A stretch of DNA of 64,000 bases from Octopus vulgaris (taxonomy: Eukaryota), in assembly GCA_951406725.2 (NCBI GenBank), contig OX597833.1, positions 24,862,001-24,926,000 of the forward strand. The letters are read 5' to 3'. The position numbers and the translations under genes were made by a program. The notes under the pieces are model-generated. The model was not told the DNA's origin and made no database searches. It saw nothing but the letters and a program-made list of their open reading frames with translations. Below, in pieces: positions 14,753 to 30,256 of the stretch (position 1 is the stretch's first letter; the number at the start of each line of letters is the position of its first letter).

Positions 14753-15577
14753 TGTATGTATGTATGTATGTATGTATAAAGAGAAAGATATAAGTGTAGT
14801 GAGGTGGCAAAAGGAACACATTCCCACGGCAAATGGTCAGTTGAACAACACCGGAACTTCGCCTCCGCAACGCGAGCTCCGGATGACGGGTCAAACAGAC
14901 TCTAAATCAGACGCTGTTCTCATGTCGATTAACATTCAGAACAAATTGTGAAACATTTATTTATATCATAGTTTCAAATATCGGAAATCGAGCAATCATA
15001 GGTGTCTTCCGAAAACATTTCCAGTAATATATGTAGGAACTCAGATGTAATAATGCTAATAACAATAATAACAATATCAATAATAATAATAATGATTTCA
15101 AATTTTTCCACAAGGGCAGCAATTTTGGGGGAGTGGACTAGTACTTATTTTATCGACCCCGAAATGATGAAAAGGTAAGTCGATCACGGCGGAATTTGAA
15201 CTCAAAACGTAAAAACGGACGAAACACCTCTAAGCATTTCGCCCGGTGTGCTAACGATTCACCGAGTTCTTTTTACAGGGTTCAGAAAAACTGAAGGAAC
15301 GTTGCAGTAAGTGTGTGAATATGAGAAAGGGGGATATATGGGGGATAAAGTAATAATTAACTGATCCTCCTGTTGTTTCTGTCACCCAAAGGCCAGGAAC
15401 ATTTCAGTACAGCCTCGGTAATGGAGTGCATGTATAGGTGTACATACACACACACACACATACACACGCACAAATATTGCAATATTTATATATGCACATA
15501 TGTACCTATCTATCTGTGTACATGTATCTGTCTATCTATATATATATGTATGTGTGTATATACATACATACATACAG

Positions 15578-15638
<61 letters not shown>

Positions 15639-15689
15639 CACACATACATATATACATATACATACTGAAAGGCATACATACATACATAT

Positions 15690-17175
15690 ATATACATAGA
15701 AAATATGGACCATAGAACTCTCTATATTCAGTAAAACAGTAAAATAATTGGTCCACAATTTGTTTTCAGTGCCAGTACTGATTGGACACTGGATGAGATC
15801 CAAGCTATGGATGTGAAAACCCGAAAAATACTAATAAACAAAATAATTTCCACATAAGCAGTAATGTAGACCTCCTCTACCAAAAACGAAAACAAGGCGG
15901 CAGAGGTTTAACATCGATCCAAAATGCCATTGAATGTCGTAACATATCCCTTTGGCAATATCTTTTAACCACCAAGTGCCGAAGTGCATCCCTAGACCAA
16001 GTTTGCATACATAAGGCTGATAACATAAGATTTGGAAGGCAGCTCCTTGAGCAACATTCCTTGTCTGATAACGTAGAAGTCGCACGAGTCTACTGCAGTG
16101 TATCATCAGATGAAAGATAAACCTATATGAGCAGAAGACAATGCAAGGATATGTTAGTAAGAAAGTTCCGAGAGGATAGTAACATTGATCATCAAAGCAG
16201 TCTATCATGGACCAATAGCCAGATTACTACCTCCCACTTTGAAGGATATGCGTTTGCAATCCGGGAACAGGAAATATCAACCAAATACCTGATGCACAAA
16301 AAGGATAGAGATGGAGAAAAAGCAATAAAATGTGACAATCGATGCAGACCTTGTGGAGTTAACACCGAAGATATCATCCACATCATGAGCAGTTGTCCGA
16401 AAAATGTTATCACGGTGTTTATTTACCGATGAGACATGATGTTGTAGCTGGGACACTCCATAATGAAATTATCGGAAGGATAACACCGAGGACAAAGAAA
16501 TAAGAACCCACAGTGTGATAGAAGCCATAGCCACTCATAATAAAAAGATGTACTGGTGGAATGTCTCAGTGAAAACCCCAGTAAAATGTAAAGCACAACA
16601 AACTTGATATAATGTGCAAATTTGTATGCCCAGTAGATGCTAACATACAGCTGAAGATCAGTGAAAACGTAAATACTACGCTGAACTATTTGAGAAATAT
16701 GTGATTACTCCATCCAGATTAGAAGTTCAGCTTTATACGTGTAATTATTGGGGTTCTGGGATATGTGACACACTGCCTAAATACAAATCTTGAGAAATTA
16801 GGCTTCTCAAAACCAGAAATTCGAAGACTACAGATCCAATCCATCACTGGAACTTTGAAATTCTGTGAAAACATTTTTAGAAGTTTTATCATTTAGATAT
16901 ATAAGAGCATGTCAAGATATGCAGGTATATGCTTGAGACATGCATAAAACAAAACATACAAATTTGCACATATTTACACGTACATACATGCAGACATACA
17001 TACATTCATACATACATGCATACATACATACATACATACATACATACATACATACATACAAAAATACCCTGTTGTTGACGTTGAAATTCCAATAAAGGAG
17101 CCTTCTATCTACGTCAGAAAGCAACTCTTTTTTTCTATTGGCAAGAAATCTTGAAATAAAATCGAAAAATGACAT
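15690..17175 (+). mobile_element. degenerate 5'-truncated RLE-type (R2/R4 group) LINE, family 2
   Basis: Broken frames give DWTLDEIQAMDVKTRKIL, LYQKRKQGGRGL, the zinc knuckle CRPCGVNTEDIIHIMSSC and RHD. Flanked by (CATA)n. Confidence 0.85.
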
Positions 17176-17919
17176 TCATACATTCATGCATACATACATG
17201 CAAATACGCATTCATACATACATAAGTATATACATACATATCAAAGCAGCTGACTAAAACATCTGGTACATTTTTAGTTCCATGTTACATCACAGGATGG
17301 GATTTATAAAGATACACATGAAGCGAAAAACATGTATAGAATCTCCTATGCGTAATTCTTCAGACAAAGATTCAACTATAATAATTATACCTTTCTTATG
17401 TCTATCTTGTAATAAAATACGGGTAGCATGGAATTGAAAATACAACAAATATTTTCATTATTGTGTTTGATATGTAATTACTGTGCAAATAGTAATTATG
17501 CAATTACTCTGAGAATTCTATACACATACTTTTCATTAATAGGAACATTCAGAAGTGATACATACAAATTGGATTATAACCCCTTACATACAGAAATTTG
17601 TAAGTACACACACACAAACACACTTATATATATATATATACATACATATACATGCATACCATACATACACACGCATATATATACACATGTATATGTAACA
17701 CATTTTTCAGCAAAACAATTAACAGTAAAATGCCTACGTCACACAATGTCTTGAATATAATAACCTTTATATCATTTTCTCATCTTATGCATTACGCTTG
17801 ACGTCCAGACACATACAACACACACACACACATACACACACATATATATGTATATATGTACTTACATGCATGCATTTATGTATGTATGTATGAATGTATG
17901 TATGTACACACACACACTC

Positions 17920-19065
17920 ACAGGAATCCATAACTTTACGGAAGTAACGTGTTTCGGAAAACTAGGCCGTAACGTGTAATTTCGTAGTGCGAAATTCTTT
18001 TTCCTATTGATTTTCATACAATCATGTGAAAATCCGTTCCTACTGACTTTTTCGAAACAATGTACATGAAAGCAACAAAGAATAAAGAATACGATCACTT
18101 TTTACATGAAAATAACTAATTCTAAACACACAATACAATATAGTTACATAAAAACACAAAAAACATTTCAAGAGGAATAAATTAAAGAAATAATAAGAAT
18201 TGTAATATCGTAAGAGTAGGTTCTTACCACGAAAAATGTTGACTACTGTGTGAGGGTTACTGGTAGAATGAGCGTTACTAGGAATATGAGGGACAATACT
18301 TACTACATTATAGTTTTTTTATCAAGAACATCAACTTGATGGGTGAAGAAGGTATCCAAAGTTGTTTGTTATCTATAACGCATCATCTCTGTGTACAGCT
18401 CAACGGGTCACTATAGGAACGGAGCTCATTGCGAACTTCTCTTGTAATTTTTATGTTACGCTTTCAATTAGGTTCATTATCAGCAAAAACGTGCAGACCT
18501 TTCTCTGTAAGTGTAAGCCCTCTATCAATGATTTTCGTTAACAATTTGAGTAGGCGGAACTTTTGTTGTTACCTCTCAGTTTGTTCTTTTTCCATCATCT
18601 GCTTCTCTTTAGAGAAATTTTATTTCTAAGACTCTAGTAACTCAGTCATATCGTCCTCTATGACTTTTCAGATCCTATATTCTTTAGAAGTGTCCACATC
18701 ATTCCGAATTTGATTTAGACTTTTTACTCGAAGAAAACTTGAAATTTCACGCAGTCTGGCCATATAGTTTTCCAAACACTATTGAAAGTTAAAGGTTTCA
18801 CTTCATCTTATGATTCGACTATATTATCCACAGCATACATTATATCAAATTTCTTGCAGAAATCTCTAACTAGGTTTAAAATCCTGTCTGTCAAATGTTT
18901 TCATAATTTGTTTGAAAGTTCTCTTATAAAATGCTTTGAAGTTAGCTATCACACATTGATCCATTGACTAGAGCAAAGAAGTTGTATTATTGGGAATATA
19001 GTTTACACTCACATAAGAAACAGCCATCCAATTTCGTTGGGTGTCTCGGTGCCTCGTCTAAACAA
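17920..19065 (-). mobile_element. Tigger/pogo DNA transposon remnant
   Basis: Minus-strand translation LDEAPRHP...YIPNNTTSLL*SMDQCVIANFKAFY...VWKTIWPDCV matches the pogo DDD motifs LDNAPGHP and PNTTSLLQPMDQGVI. Candidate TIR CAGG...ACTTTACG at about 17921. Confidence 0.8.
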
Positions 19066-20489
19066 GGTTCACCAGATTTTATAAATACTTCGCCCTTGCA
19101 CTACTACTTTCAGACACTCACACACACACACACTCACAGGGTAATGCGCGCACACACACGCGCACACATACACATGCAAGCATACACACACACACACTCA
19201 CAGCCGCATGCGCGTGTACACACACATACAGACGCACACGCACACACACACACGCAGACACACACTCATGGGCACATTTGTATTGGCATACATGTTGATA
19301 TCTGTTGTAACTCCAGTTAAATTCAAAAGTTGATAGTGGTAATGATGTGGGTTGCATTGGTTTAGATGTTAGTGATGATAGGCGCGTATTGTTGGTGGTG
19401 TAGTAGTCATATTGTTCTTGCTAATTGTACTGTTGTGGCTGTTTAGCCTCCATTCAATCTTCATAGATCTAAGATCGAAGACATTCAATATTTAAAATAC
19501 ACCAGGATACCACATTATATGTTCTTATTTGAAATGGACTTGCTTCTCAATTTCATACTGTTTATTACTATTGCTGTGTTGATGATACAACCACACAAAC
19601 ACACATACATTCATACACACGCGCGCGCACACACATAGTTCTATAGATACGTGCATGACATCCATATACATAAAGAAACACATATATGCATATACTTACA
19701 TAAATACATAGGTACATACATAGACATTCATATACATAAACACACACACACAAACACACACAGACACACACACACACACACACGTATATATATCGCGAGA
19801 AATGGAGCAACCACAGTGGTTGTGAAAGCAGATATTTGAATGACTACCAATATTAATTAATGCTTATTAACCCAACGAAATGTGACTTTGACCAAACATT
19901 CTCTACACCCCTCATCGCTTGACATCCAATGAAGTATGTTATTTCGGTTTTTCATTTTATTGTTGTTTTCTAGAATTTGGTATTTTGAATATGGTAATGT
20001 TAGTTTTTGGCATCGGAAATTACTGGAAAATATATATGGACTTGTCATAGGCTTTTGGCATTAAATATCCATCAAATATGTCTTCAACATCATCATCATC
20101 ATCGTCAGTAACACTGCTAACATCGACAGCTTCAGCACTAAAACGAACAACATCTTAACCATCATCATGACAAGTGAACGAGTGACTGTCTTACATAGTG
20201 GGTCAATCTGTATGTAACCACAGCCGAATAAGTCCGTCTTGTTTACTGTCTGAATATAAATAAGTGCATCTTGAATACCTTAGACCACGAATGTTATAAC
20301 TAAATAGTAAATTTAGATATAATAATCTCAAATTGGATACGTTTGGAATTCTTCTCTCAGAGCTAATCTGCGCCATAGGCATTGTGAAAATTGAAGAGAG
20401 AAACTGGGCTCTGGTACATTACAGGCCCTATCACAAACCAAATGAGAGACTGTCTTAAATATTAATCTAAGTAGCATATATATAATCTT

Positions 20490-20870
20490 TTATCTTTTAA
20501 CTTTTACCTTTTCCTTATTTCAGACATTTGACACCGGTCACCGCCTTGAAGAATTTTAGGCGAAGGAATCGACCCCAGTACCTTTCATATATTTAAAACA
20601 TTTACTTATTCTATTCTTCTCTTTTGCCGAACCGCTAACTTACTACGACGTAAACATTCCAACACCGGTTGTTAAGCAGTGATGGGGGACAAACACCCCC
20701 CCCCCCCATACATACACACATACACAACACACACAAAGACCGGTCAATTTCCGTCGACCAAATCTACTCACAAAGCTTTGGTCGACCTGAGGCCATAGTA
20801 GAAGACACTTGCTCAAGGTGTCACGCAGTGGGCATCGTTGAGAAGCAAGCTTTTTTCCACACCGTCATTC
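20490..20870 (-). mobile_element. degenerate SINE family A
   Basis: Reverse complement of the family A body and tail (ttttgccgaaccgctaa, agtagaagacacttgc). Confidence 0.7.
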
Positions 20871-21005
20871 CTGCATCTAGAAACGCACGGATACAAGCAC
20901 GGCCACACGGTTGGCCACGCGCGCGCGCGCACGCACGCATACACACACACACGCGCACGCAAACACAGACACACGCAAACATTCAAATACACACACTCAC
21001 AGAGA

Positions 21006-21070
<65 letters not shown>

Positions 21071-21110
21071 GTGATTTCGTTTTCAAAATGCATCTACGCC
21101 ATATGCCCGT

Positions 21111-21181
21111 GGATATATGGTGTAGTGGTTAAGAGTGCGGGCTACTAACCCCTAAATCCCGAGTCCGATTCCAGGCAGTGA

Positions 21182-21186
<5 letters not shown>
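21111..21186 (+). mobile_element. tRNA-like head of the hammerhead-tailed element (split copy, 5' part)
   Basis: A box TGGTGTAGTGG at 21118-21128 and B-box-like GAGTCCGATTCC at 21161-21172. Homologous to 26643-26703 and followed by (TAA)n. Confidence 0.75.
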
Positions 21187-21239
<53 letters not shown>

Positions 21240-21251
21240 TATAATAATAAC

Positions 21252-21331
<80 letters not shown>

Positions 21332-21889
21332 GATGCCCTGATCCAGTACCAGGCAGTGGCTCTCATGGCTTCTGATCTTAACTGATTGGAAGTGTTATCA
21401 TGTATATTGTTTTGTCTTGGTATAAAAGATGGGCTACAGCAAATATTCTGCTCAATACCACAGATTTGCTTGTCAGTTGTTTGACTTTAACCAGTTGAGC
21501 ATGTCCCTTAGTGGCTGACGATATGTGCATCTCTGATCACGAGCAGAAGTAGTGGGGGAGCATCATAGCCATGTGTTGAGAGGGATTCTTTGGGGTTTGA
21601 ATAATTCACCTCTGGAAACATGGGTGGTTCTTTCAACATCCTTAAACAACCCTTATTCAGGGACCTTTTGAGCAGGATGGGCTACTCAACCTGAAGAAAA
21701 TTCTAACTGGGCCCCACCTGCAAGGTCATGTGCTGTTTATCTTGATATGAGATCACCATGTCGCGCACATATGGTTGTGATGCATGTGCCTGGTGTACCC
21801 TTATCAGACGGGTAGTCTTGATGGTTATATTGGGCTTCGTATATTTTACCCCAGTGTCACTTTGATGGCATGAACTGCTCTCTCACTCA
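21332..21889 (+). mobile_element. about 560-bp non-coding element inserted in (TAA)n, copy 1
   Basis: Runs from atgccctgat..agtaccaggcag to ctctctcactc|aataat. Homologous copies at 25067-25579 and 51948-52465. Confidence 0.85.
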
Positions 21890-21925
21890 ATAATAATAAT
21901 AATAATAATAATGATAATAATAATA

Positions 21926-24980
<3,055 letters not shown>

Positions 24981-24981
24981 C

Positions 24982-25042
<61 letters not shown>

Positions 25043-25066
25043 TAATGATGATGATGATGATGATAA

Positions 25067-25578
25067 ATGCCCTGATGCAGTACCAGGCAGTGGCTCTCGT
25101 GGCTTCTGATCTTAACTGATTGGAAGTGTTATCATGTACATTGTTTTGTCTGGCATAAAAGATTAGCTACAGCAAATATTCTGCTCAATACCACAGTTTT
25201 GCTCGTCAGTTGTTTGACTTTAACCAGTTGAGCAGAAGTAGTGGGGGGGGGCATCGTAGCCATGTGCTGAGAGGGATTTTTGGTGTTTGAATAATTCACC
25301 TCAGGAAATATGGGTGGTTCTTTCAACATCCTTAAACAACCCTTATTCAGGGACCTTTTGAGCGGGTTGGGCTACTCGACCAGAAGAAAATTCCAACTGG
25401 GCCCCACCTGCAATGTCATGTGCTGTTTATCTTGATATGAGATCACCATGTCGCGCACATTTGGTTGTGATACATGTGCCTAGTGTACCCTTAGCAGATG
25501 GGTTGTCATGATGGGTATACTGGGCTTCGTACATTTTATCTCAGTGTCACTTTGATGGCATGAACTGCTCTCTCACTC

Positions 25579-25579
<1 letters not shown>
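25067..25579 (+). mobile_element. about 560-bp (TAA)n-inserted element, copy 2 (internal deletion)
   Basis: Colinear with 21332-21889 but lacks the segment tgtcccttagtgg...cacgagca. Confidence 0.85.
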
Positions 25580-25631
<52 letters not shown>

Positions 25632-25668
25632 GAAGAAGAAGAAGAAGAAGAAGAAGAATAACAACAAC

Positions 25669-25761
<93 letters not shown>

Positions 25762-25776
25762 AAGAATAACAACAAC

Positions 25777-25821
<45 letters not shown>

Positions 25822-26078
25822 CAATTCTTTTTTATTGGCCACAAGGGCTGACACGCATGATTACATAAAGGGACAGGACAGGACGAAAGGTTACAAAGGG
25901 TTTTGTCCGTTTGTTAAAAAATCCGTGTAAAAAAAAAAACTTTAAAACAATGATTATTAAAACAATGAAAAACTCCCAAAAGGGGGAGACGTCTCGAAAT
26001 GTTCCCGGTGGAAAAAACCCTACAAAAGCCAACGGGAGCCTGGTCAAAAAAAGGGGGTGTAGAGAGTCCCCTTTCTTC
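25822..26078 (-). mobile_element. retroelement-like 3' end inserted antisense in the TAA tract
   Basis: Minus strand ends ...cttgtggccAATAAAaaagaattga-(TTA)n. Bounded by TAA repeats on both sides; family not recognised. Confidence 0.5.
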
Positions 26079-26099
26079 AATAATAATAATAATAATAAT

Positions 26100-26246
26100 G
26101 ACATCGAAAAATACCTTAGAAATGATAATCCAGGTTTGAAAGTTCCATAAGACGCCTGATGAACGCTGGAGGGTATATCAGCCGAAATGTGTTAACAATA
26201 AACAAGATGAAGACAAATATCCGTCAAATGTAAATAATGTAAATAA
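26100..26246 (+). mobile_element. 3' part of the split hammerhead-tailed element
   Basis: Homologous to 26720-26871. Contains CTGATGA...cagccGAAA with a 3-nt loss in stem III. Confidence 0.8.
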
Positions 26247-26276
26247 GCTACATAAAAGTAATTGAAAATCTCTTTC

Positions 26277-26871
26277 AGTTCTATATTTAAGAAATGAGGA
26301 ATTATGTTTCTTATTTACATTATTTACATTTGACGAATATTTGTCCTAATCTAGTCGCCCCCTCAAAATATGGGTAGAGGAACATCGTAAAGCTGTGACA
26401 CGAGGAGATATTGATAAATCGGGTATATTGATCATGTGTGGAACCTCGGAGACCACAGTGGAATGAAGTTAAAATAATAGACAGAGAACACCACTGGAAA
26501 ATACGAAAACTAAAAGAAGCAGCACATATGCTAGGACATAATAACCGCCTAAGAAGACCTAGTGCAGATTTGAGTAGCATATGGGAACCGGTATTAAGGA
26601 AGGATAGAAAAATATTAGATTTGTAAGCTCTAATATTTATTCTCTATGGTGGAGTGGTTAAGAGCGCGGGCTTCTGACACCAAGATTCAAGGCAGTGGCC
26701 TGAATAATAATAATAATAATAGCATCGAAAAATACCTAAGGAATGAGAACCCAGGTTTGAAATTTCCTCAGGACACCTGAAGAAGGCTGGAGAATATATC
26801 AGCCGAAACGTTGTGTTAACAACAAACAAGATGAGGACAAATATCTGTCAAATGTAAATAATGTAAATAAT
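26277..26871 (+). mobile_element. 5'-truncated Penelope-like element: inverted terminal-repeat piece, GIY-YIG C-terminus, then tRNA-like/TAA/hammerhead 3' region
   Basis: ORF 26438-26626 (WNEVKIIDREHHWKIRKLKEAAHM...LSSIWEPVL) is typical of Penelope/Poseidon endonuclease ends. 26311-26348 is the reverse complement of the element tail. Confidence 0.75.
26772..26817 (+). ncRNA. minimal type I hammerhead ribozyme motif
   Basis: GACAC-CTGAAGA-A-GGCTG(loop)CAGCC-GAAA-CG-TT-GTGTT, with palindromic AACGTT in place of a full stem III. Confidence 0.75.
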
Positions 26872-27355
26872 GTATTTATTCGCGACTGTTAATTACCAGT
26901 TTCTTTCTCCCATGTCTTTATAAACTCTACATAAACAGAGGAGTAATTTCAGTAAAAACAATATCAGGAACCAGCAGCAAAGCGAGTGCGAAACAGGAGA
27001 AATTTTCAAAGTAAGAAATCCCATCTGACAAGTATTTCGGCCCTTACTCGTTGTACTCTAAAGGGTCCAAGGTCATGACTCCTAGTTGTCCTCCTACCGC
27101 TTTCGAAAATCCTGTCTTCACTGGGATTCGAACGTGGGTCATTCTTTTTGTGATCTTGTGTTCCCAGGTTTGTGTTTCAGACCATAGATCGTTTCTCTTT
27201 GTCCATATCCACATTCAGCAGGATTTACAGCTAGAGTGTTGTTAACACCAGGTAAATAAATATTGTAAACAGTGTTTAAACAAGTTGTATATCCAAATAC
27301 AAAATTGTTATACATCTAATATATAAAATAGAGATGCGTGCTTATTCACTTTTCA

Positions 27356-27409
<54 letters not shown>

Positions 27410-27410
<1 letters not shown>

Positions 27411-27786
27411 CTCTTTTACTTGTTTCAGTCATTTGACTGCGACCATGCTGGAGCACCGCCTTTAATCGAGCGACCCCAGGACTTATACTTTTGTAAGCCC
27501 AGTACTTATTCTATCGCCTCTTTTGCCGAACCGCTAAGTAACGGGGACATAAACACACCAGCATCGCTTGTCAAGCAATGCTAGGGGGACAAACACAGAC
27601 ACACAAACACACACACGCATATATATATATATATACATATATACGACGGGCTTCTTTCTGTTTCCATCTACCAAATCCACTCACAAGGCTTAGTAGAAGA
27701 CACTTGCCCAAGGTGCTACGCAGTGGGACTGAACCCGGAAGCATGTGGTTGGTAAACAAGCTACTTACCACACAGCCACTCCTGCG

Positions 27787-27789
<3 letters not shown>
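27410..27789 (-). mobile_element. SINE family A, near full length
   Basis: Reverse complement of the head (ccacacagccactcctgcgcc) and of the tail (ttactcttttacttgtttcagtc). Confidence 0.85.
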
Positions 27790-27832
<43 letters not shown>

Positions 27833-27833
<1 letters not shown>

Positions 27834-28465
27834 TAGCAGTATCGCCCGGCGTTGCTCGGGTTTGTAAGGGAAATAACTATATAAGCATTTTTAGAGAGTT
27901 ATAGACAAAAAATAGCAAAAAATGCATTAAAAATGGAAAAAATATGATGGTAAATTTTTTTAAAAATCGTTGACTCATCGTAGACATTTTTAGAGAGTTA
28001 CTTCCCTTATATAATAGCGAAAAAATGCATTAAAATGGAAAAAAAACGATGGTAAATTTTTTTTTAATCGTAGACTCATGTAGACGCTTTCTTAGCCATT
28101 TCTGTTTTGATGTCTTCAAGCCATGAAGTCGTTCTAAAAGAACACTGGTCTCCTTGACAACGCATTACGACGTTGATTTCCTTACACTCCCTTCCCCACA
28201 GGTGCAGGTGTGAGCGTGGACGCCAACTCCGCCGCCATCGACACACGAAAAATTATGCATTAAAATGAAATAAAAAATTATGTTAAATTATTTTTAAAAT
28301 CGTAGACTCATCGTAGACGCGCGCTAATACTCAGACGGGCTCGATATGAATCACGACTATAAGCTACCCGAATTTGGTTAAACTGCACCGCAAAATGTGG
28401 GAGTAGTTAGGAATCGAAATCGAAGGGGACAGACACTCACACAACTACAGTTTTATATATATAGA
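27833..28465 (-). mobile_element. non-autonomous Helitron
   Basis: Minus strand starts A|TCTATATATATAAAA and ends CCCGAGCAACGCCGGG-cgatactg-CTAG|T. Confidence 0.85.
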
Positions 28466-28529
28466 TATACATAGTGCAGTAGTGGTGAGATGTGACAGCA
28501 AAGAAAAGCATACATTCACTCTCTGCATG

Positions 28530-28830
28530 CAATTAGACTCGGAAAGTTCGTGAGGAACCCATTGACCCAATTTGCTGACTTTTCCGATAGCACACAGGTG
28601 TCAATGAATGGTTGAATGACCAAATCCAAGCTTCTCTGCTAGTTCCTCAACAGTAACGATGATATTTTGTTCCCCCAGGGTTTTCAGGATGTCCTTGTCG
28701 AGTTCTACAGATCTTTCAAGATGAGGCTCGTCTTCTAGGCTGTAGTTTATGGCTCGGGATTTCTGGAACCACCATTGACACTGCCTTACGCATATTGTCC
28801 AATCCCCATATACTGCATTAATATTTCTTG
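28530..28830 (-). pseudogene. mariner transposase N-terminal (HTH) fragment
   Basis: RNINAVYGD...WFQK...SLEDEP...TVEELAEKLGFGHSTIH, continuing to IGKVSKLGQWVPHEL (mariner WVPHEL motif). Confidence 0.85.
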
Positions 28831-28902
28831 TACTTTGCACACATTTATATTCTGTTATTCTTTTATATGTTTCAGCCTTGAGGTTGTGGCCATGCTGGAT
28901 CA

Positions 28903-28933
<31 letters not shown>

Positions 28934-30256
28934 CTATCTGTCTGTCTGTATGTATATATGTATATGTATGTGTGTGAACAATAATATTTTCAACAGATGT
29001 GTTGCCAATGTATCTGATTGTTCTCAAGCTTCAATACTGTGTGTGTGTGTATGTGTGTGTGTATATGTATGTATGTATATGTATGTATGTATGTATATGT
29101 ATGTATGTATGTATGTGTGTATGTATGTATGTGTGTGTGTATGTATGTGTGTGTATGTGTGTGTGTATGTATGTATGTATGTATGTATGTATGTATGTAT
29201 GTATGAGTGTATGTTTACTTTATTACTAACACAAGCCACTACGGTTATTTAATGTAAAGTCTTCCTCAAATCACTCTCTCTCTCTCTCTCTCTCTCGCTA
29301 TTTACTCTCTTCCAAGAACATTTTCACTCACTCTTAGCTCTTAGCTTCCCATACATTTTACTCATGTATCTATCAGCGTCATAGACAGAATACTTTCAGT
29401 TTAGTCTTCCCCAAATCACTCTGTCGCTATTTACTTTCATTTTATTCGTTGCACACTGTGTGTGTGGGTTTGCGTGTGGTGTAAACCAGACTAAGAAAAG
29501 CATTCGACACACACACCAGAATGTGAGTTTTCTGTAAATTTTGCTTAATTGGAGTTTAAATTTTAAAAACTGGACCTGGCATGACGCGATGCATTGTACT
29601 CTTAAAAATGCAAGGTAAATTGTAATTGAAGAAATCCTATATTGTAGATTTCTATAACTCCCAAAGGGAGGCAGATAAAATATGCCTTTTATAATAAGAC
29701 TAGCAGTATCGTCCGGCGTTGCTCGGGTTTGTAAAGGAAATAATTATATAAGCATTTTTAGAGATGTAAAGTATAATAGCCATCTCAATATGGCTAACCA
29801 CAAAGGGAGAGGGGTGTTACTGTAGCTTTTTACGTTCTGAGATTTAATAATAAATTTTAGAGAGTTACTTCCCTTATATATGTCAAAAATGGATTAAAAA
29901 TGGGAAAAATTGATGGTAAATTTTTTTTTAAATCGTAGACTCATCGTAGACGCGCGCTAATACCCAGACGGTCTCGATATGAATCACGACTATAAGATAC
30001 CCGGTTTTGGTTAAACTGCACCGCAAAATGTGGGAGTAGTTAGGAATCTAAATCGTAGGAGACAGACACACAACCTCACTTTTATATATAAAGATTTCCT
30101 CTATTTACATAATATTGAGGTCTCTTTCTTTCTTTTGTTATCTTACTGTTTTTACCAATATACATATATATATATATATAAATATATATATAGTTACAGA
30201 GATGTACTTGCATAGCAAGTGACTTGATCTGAGATCGTGTGCTGGAACGAAAACAG

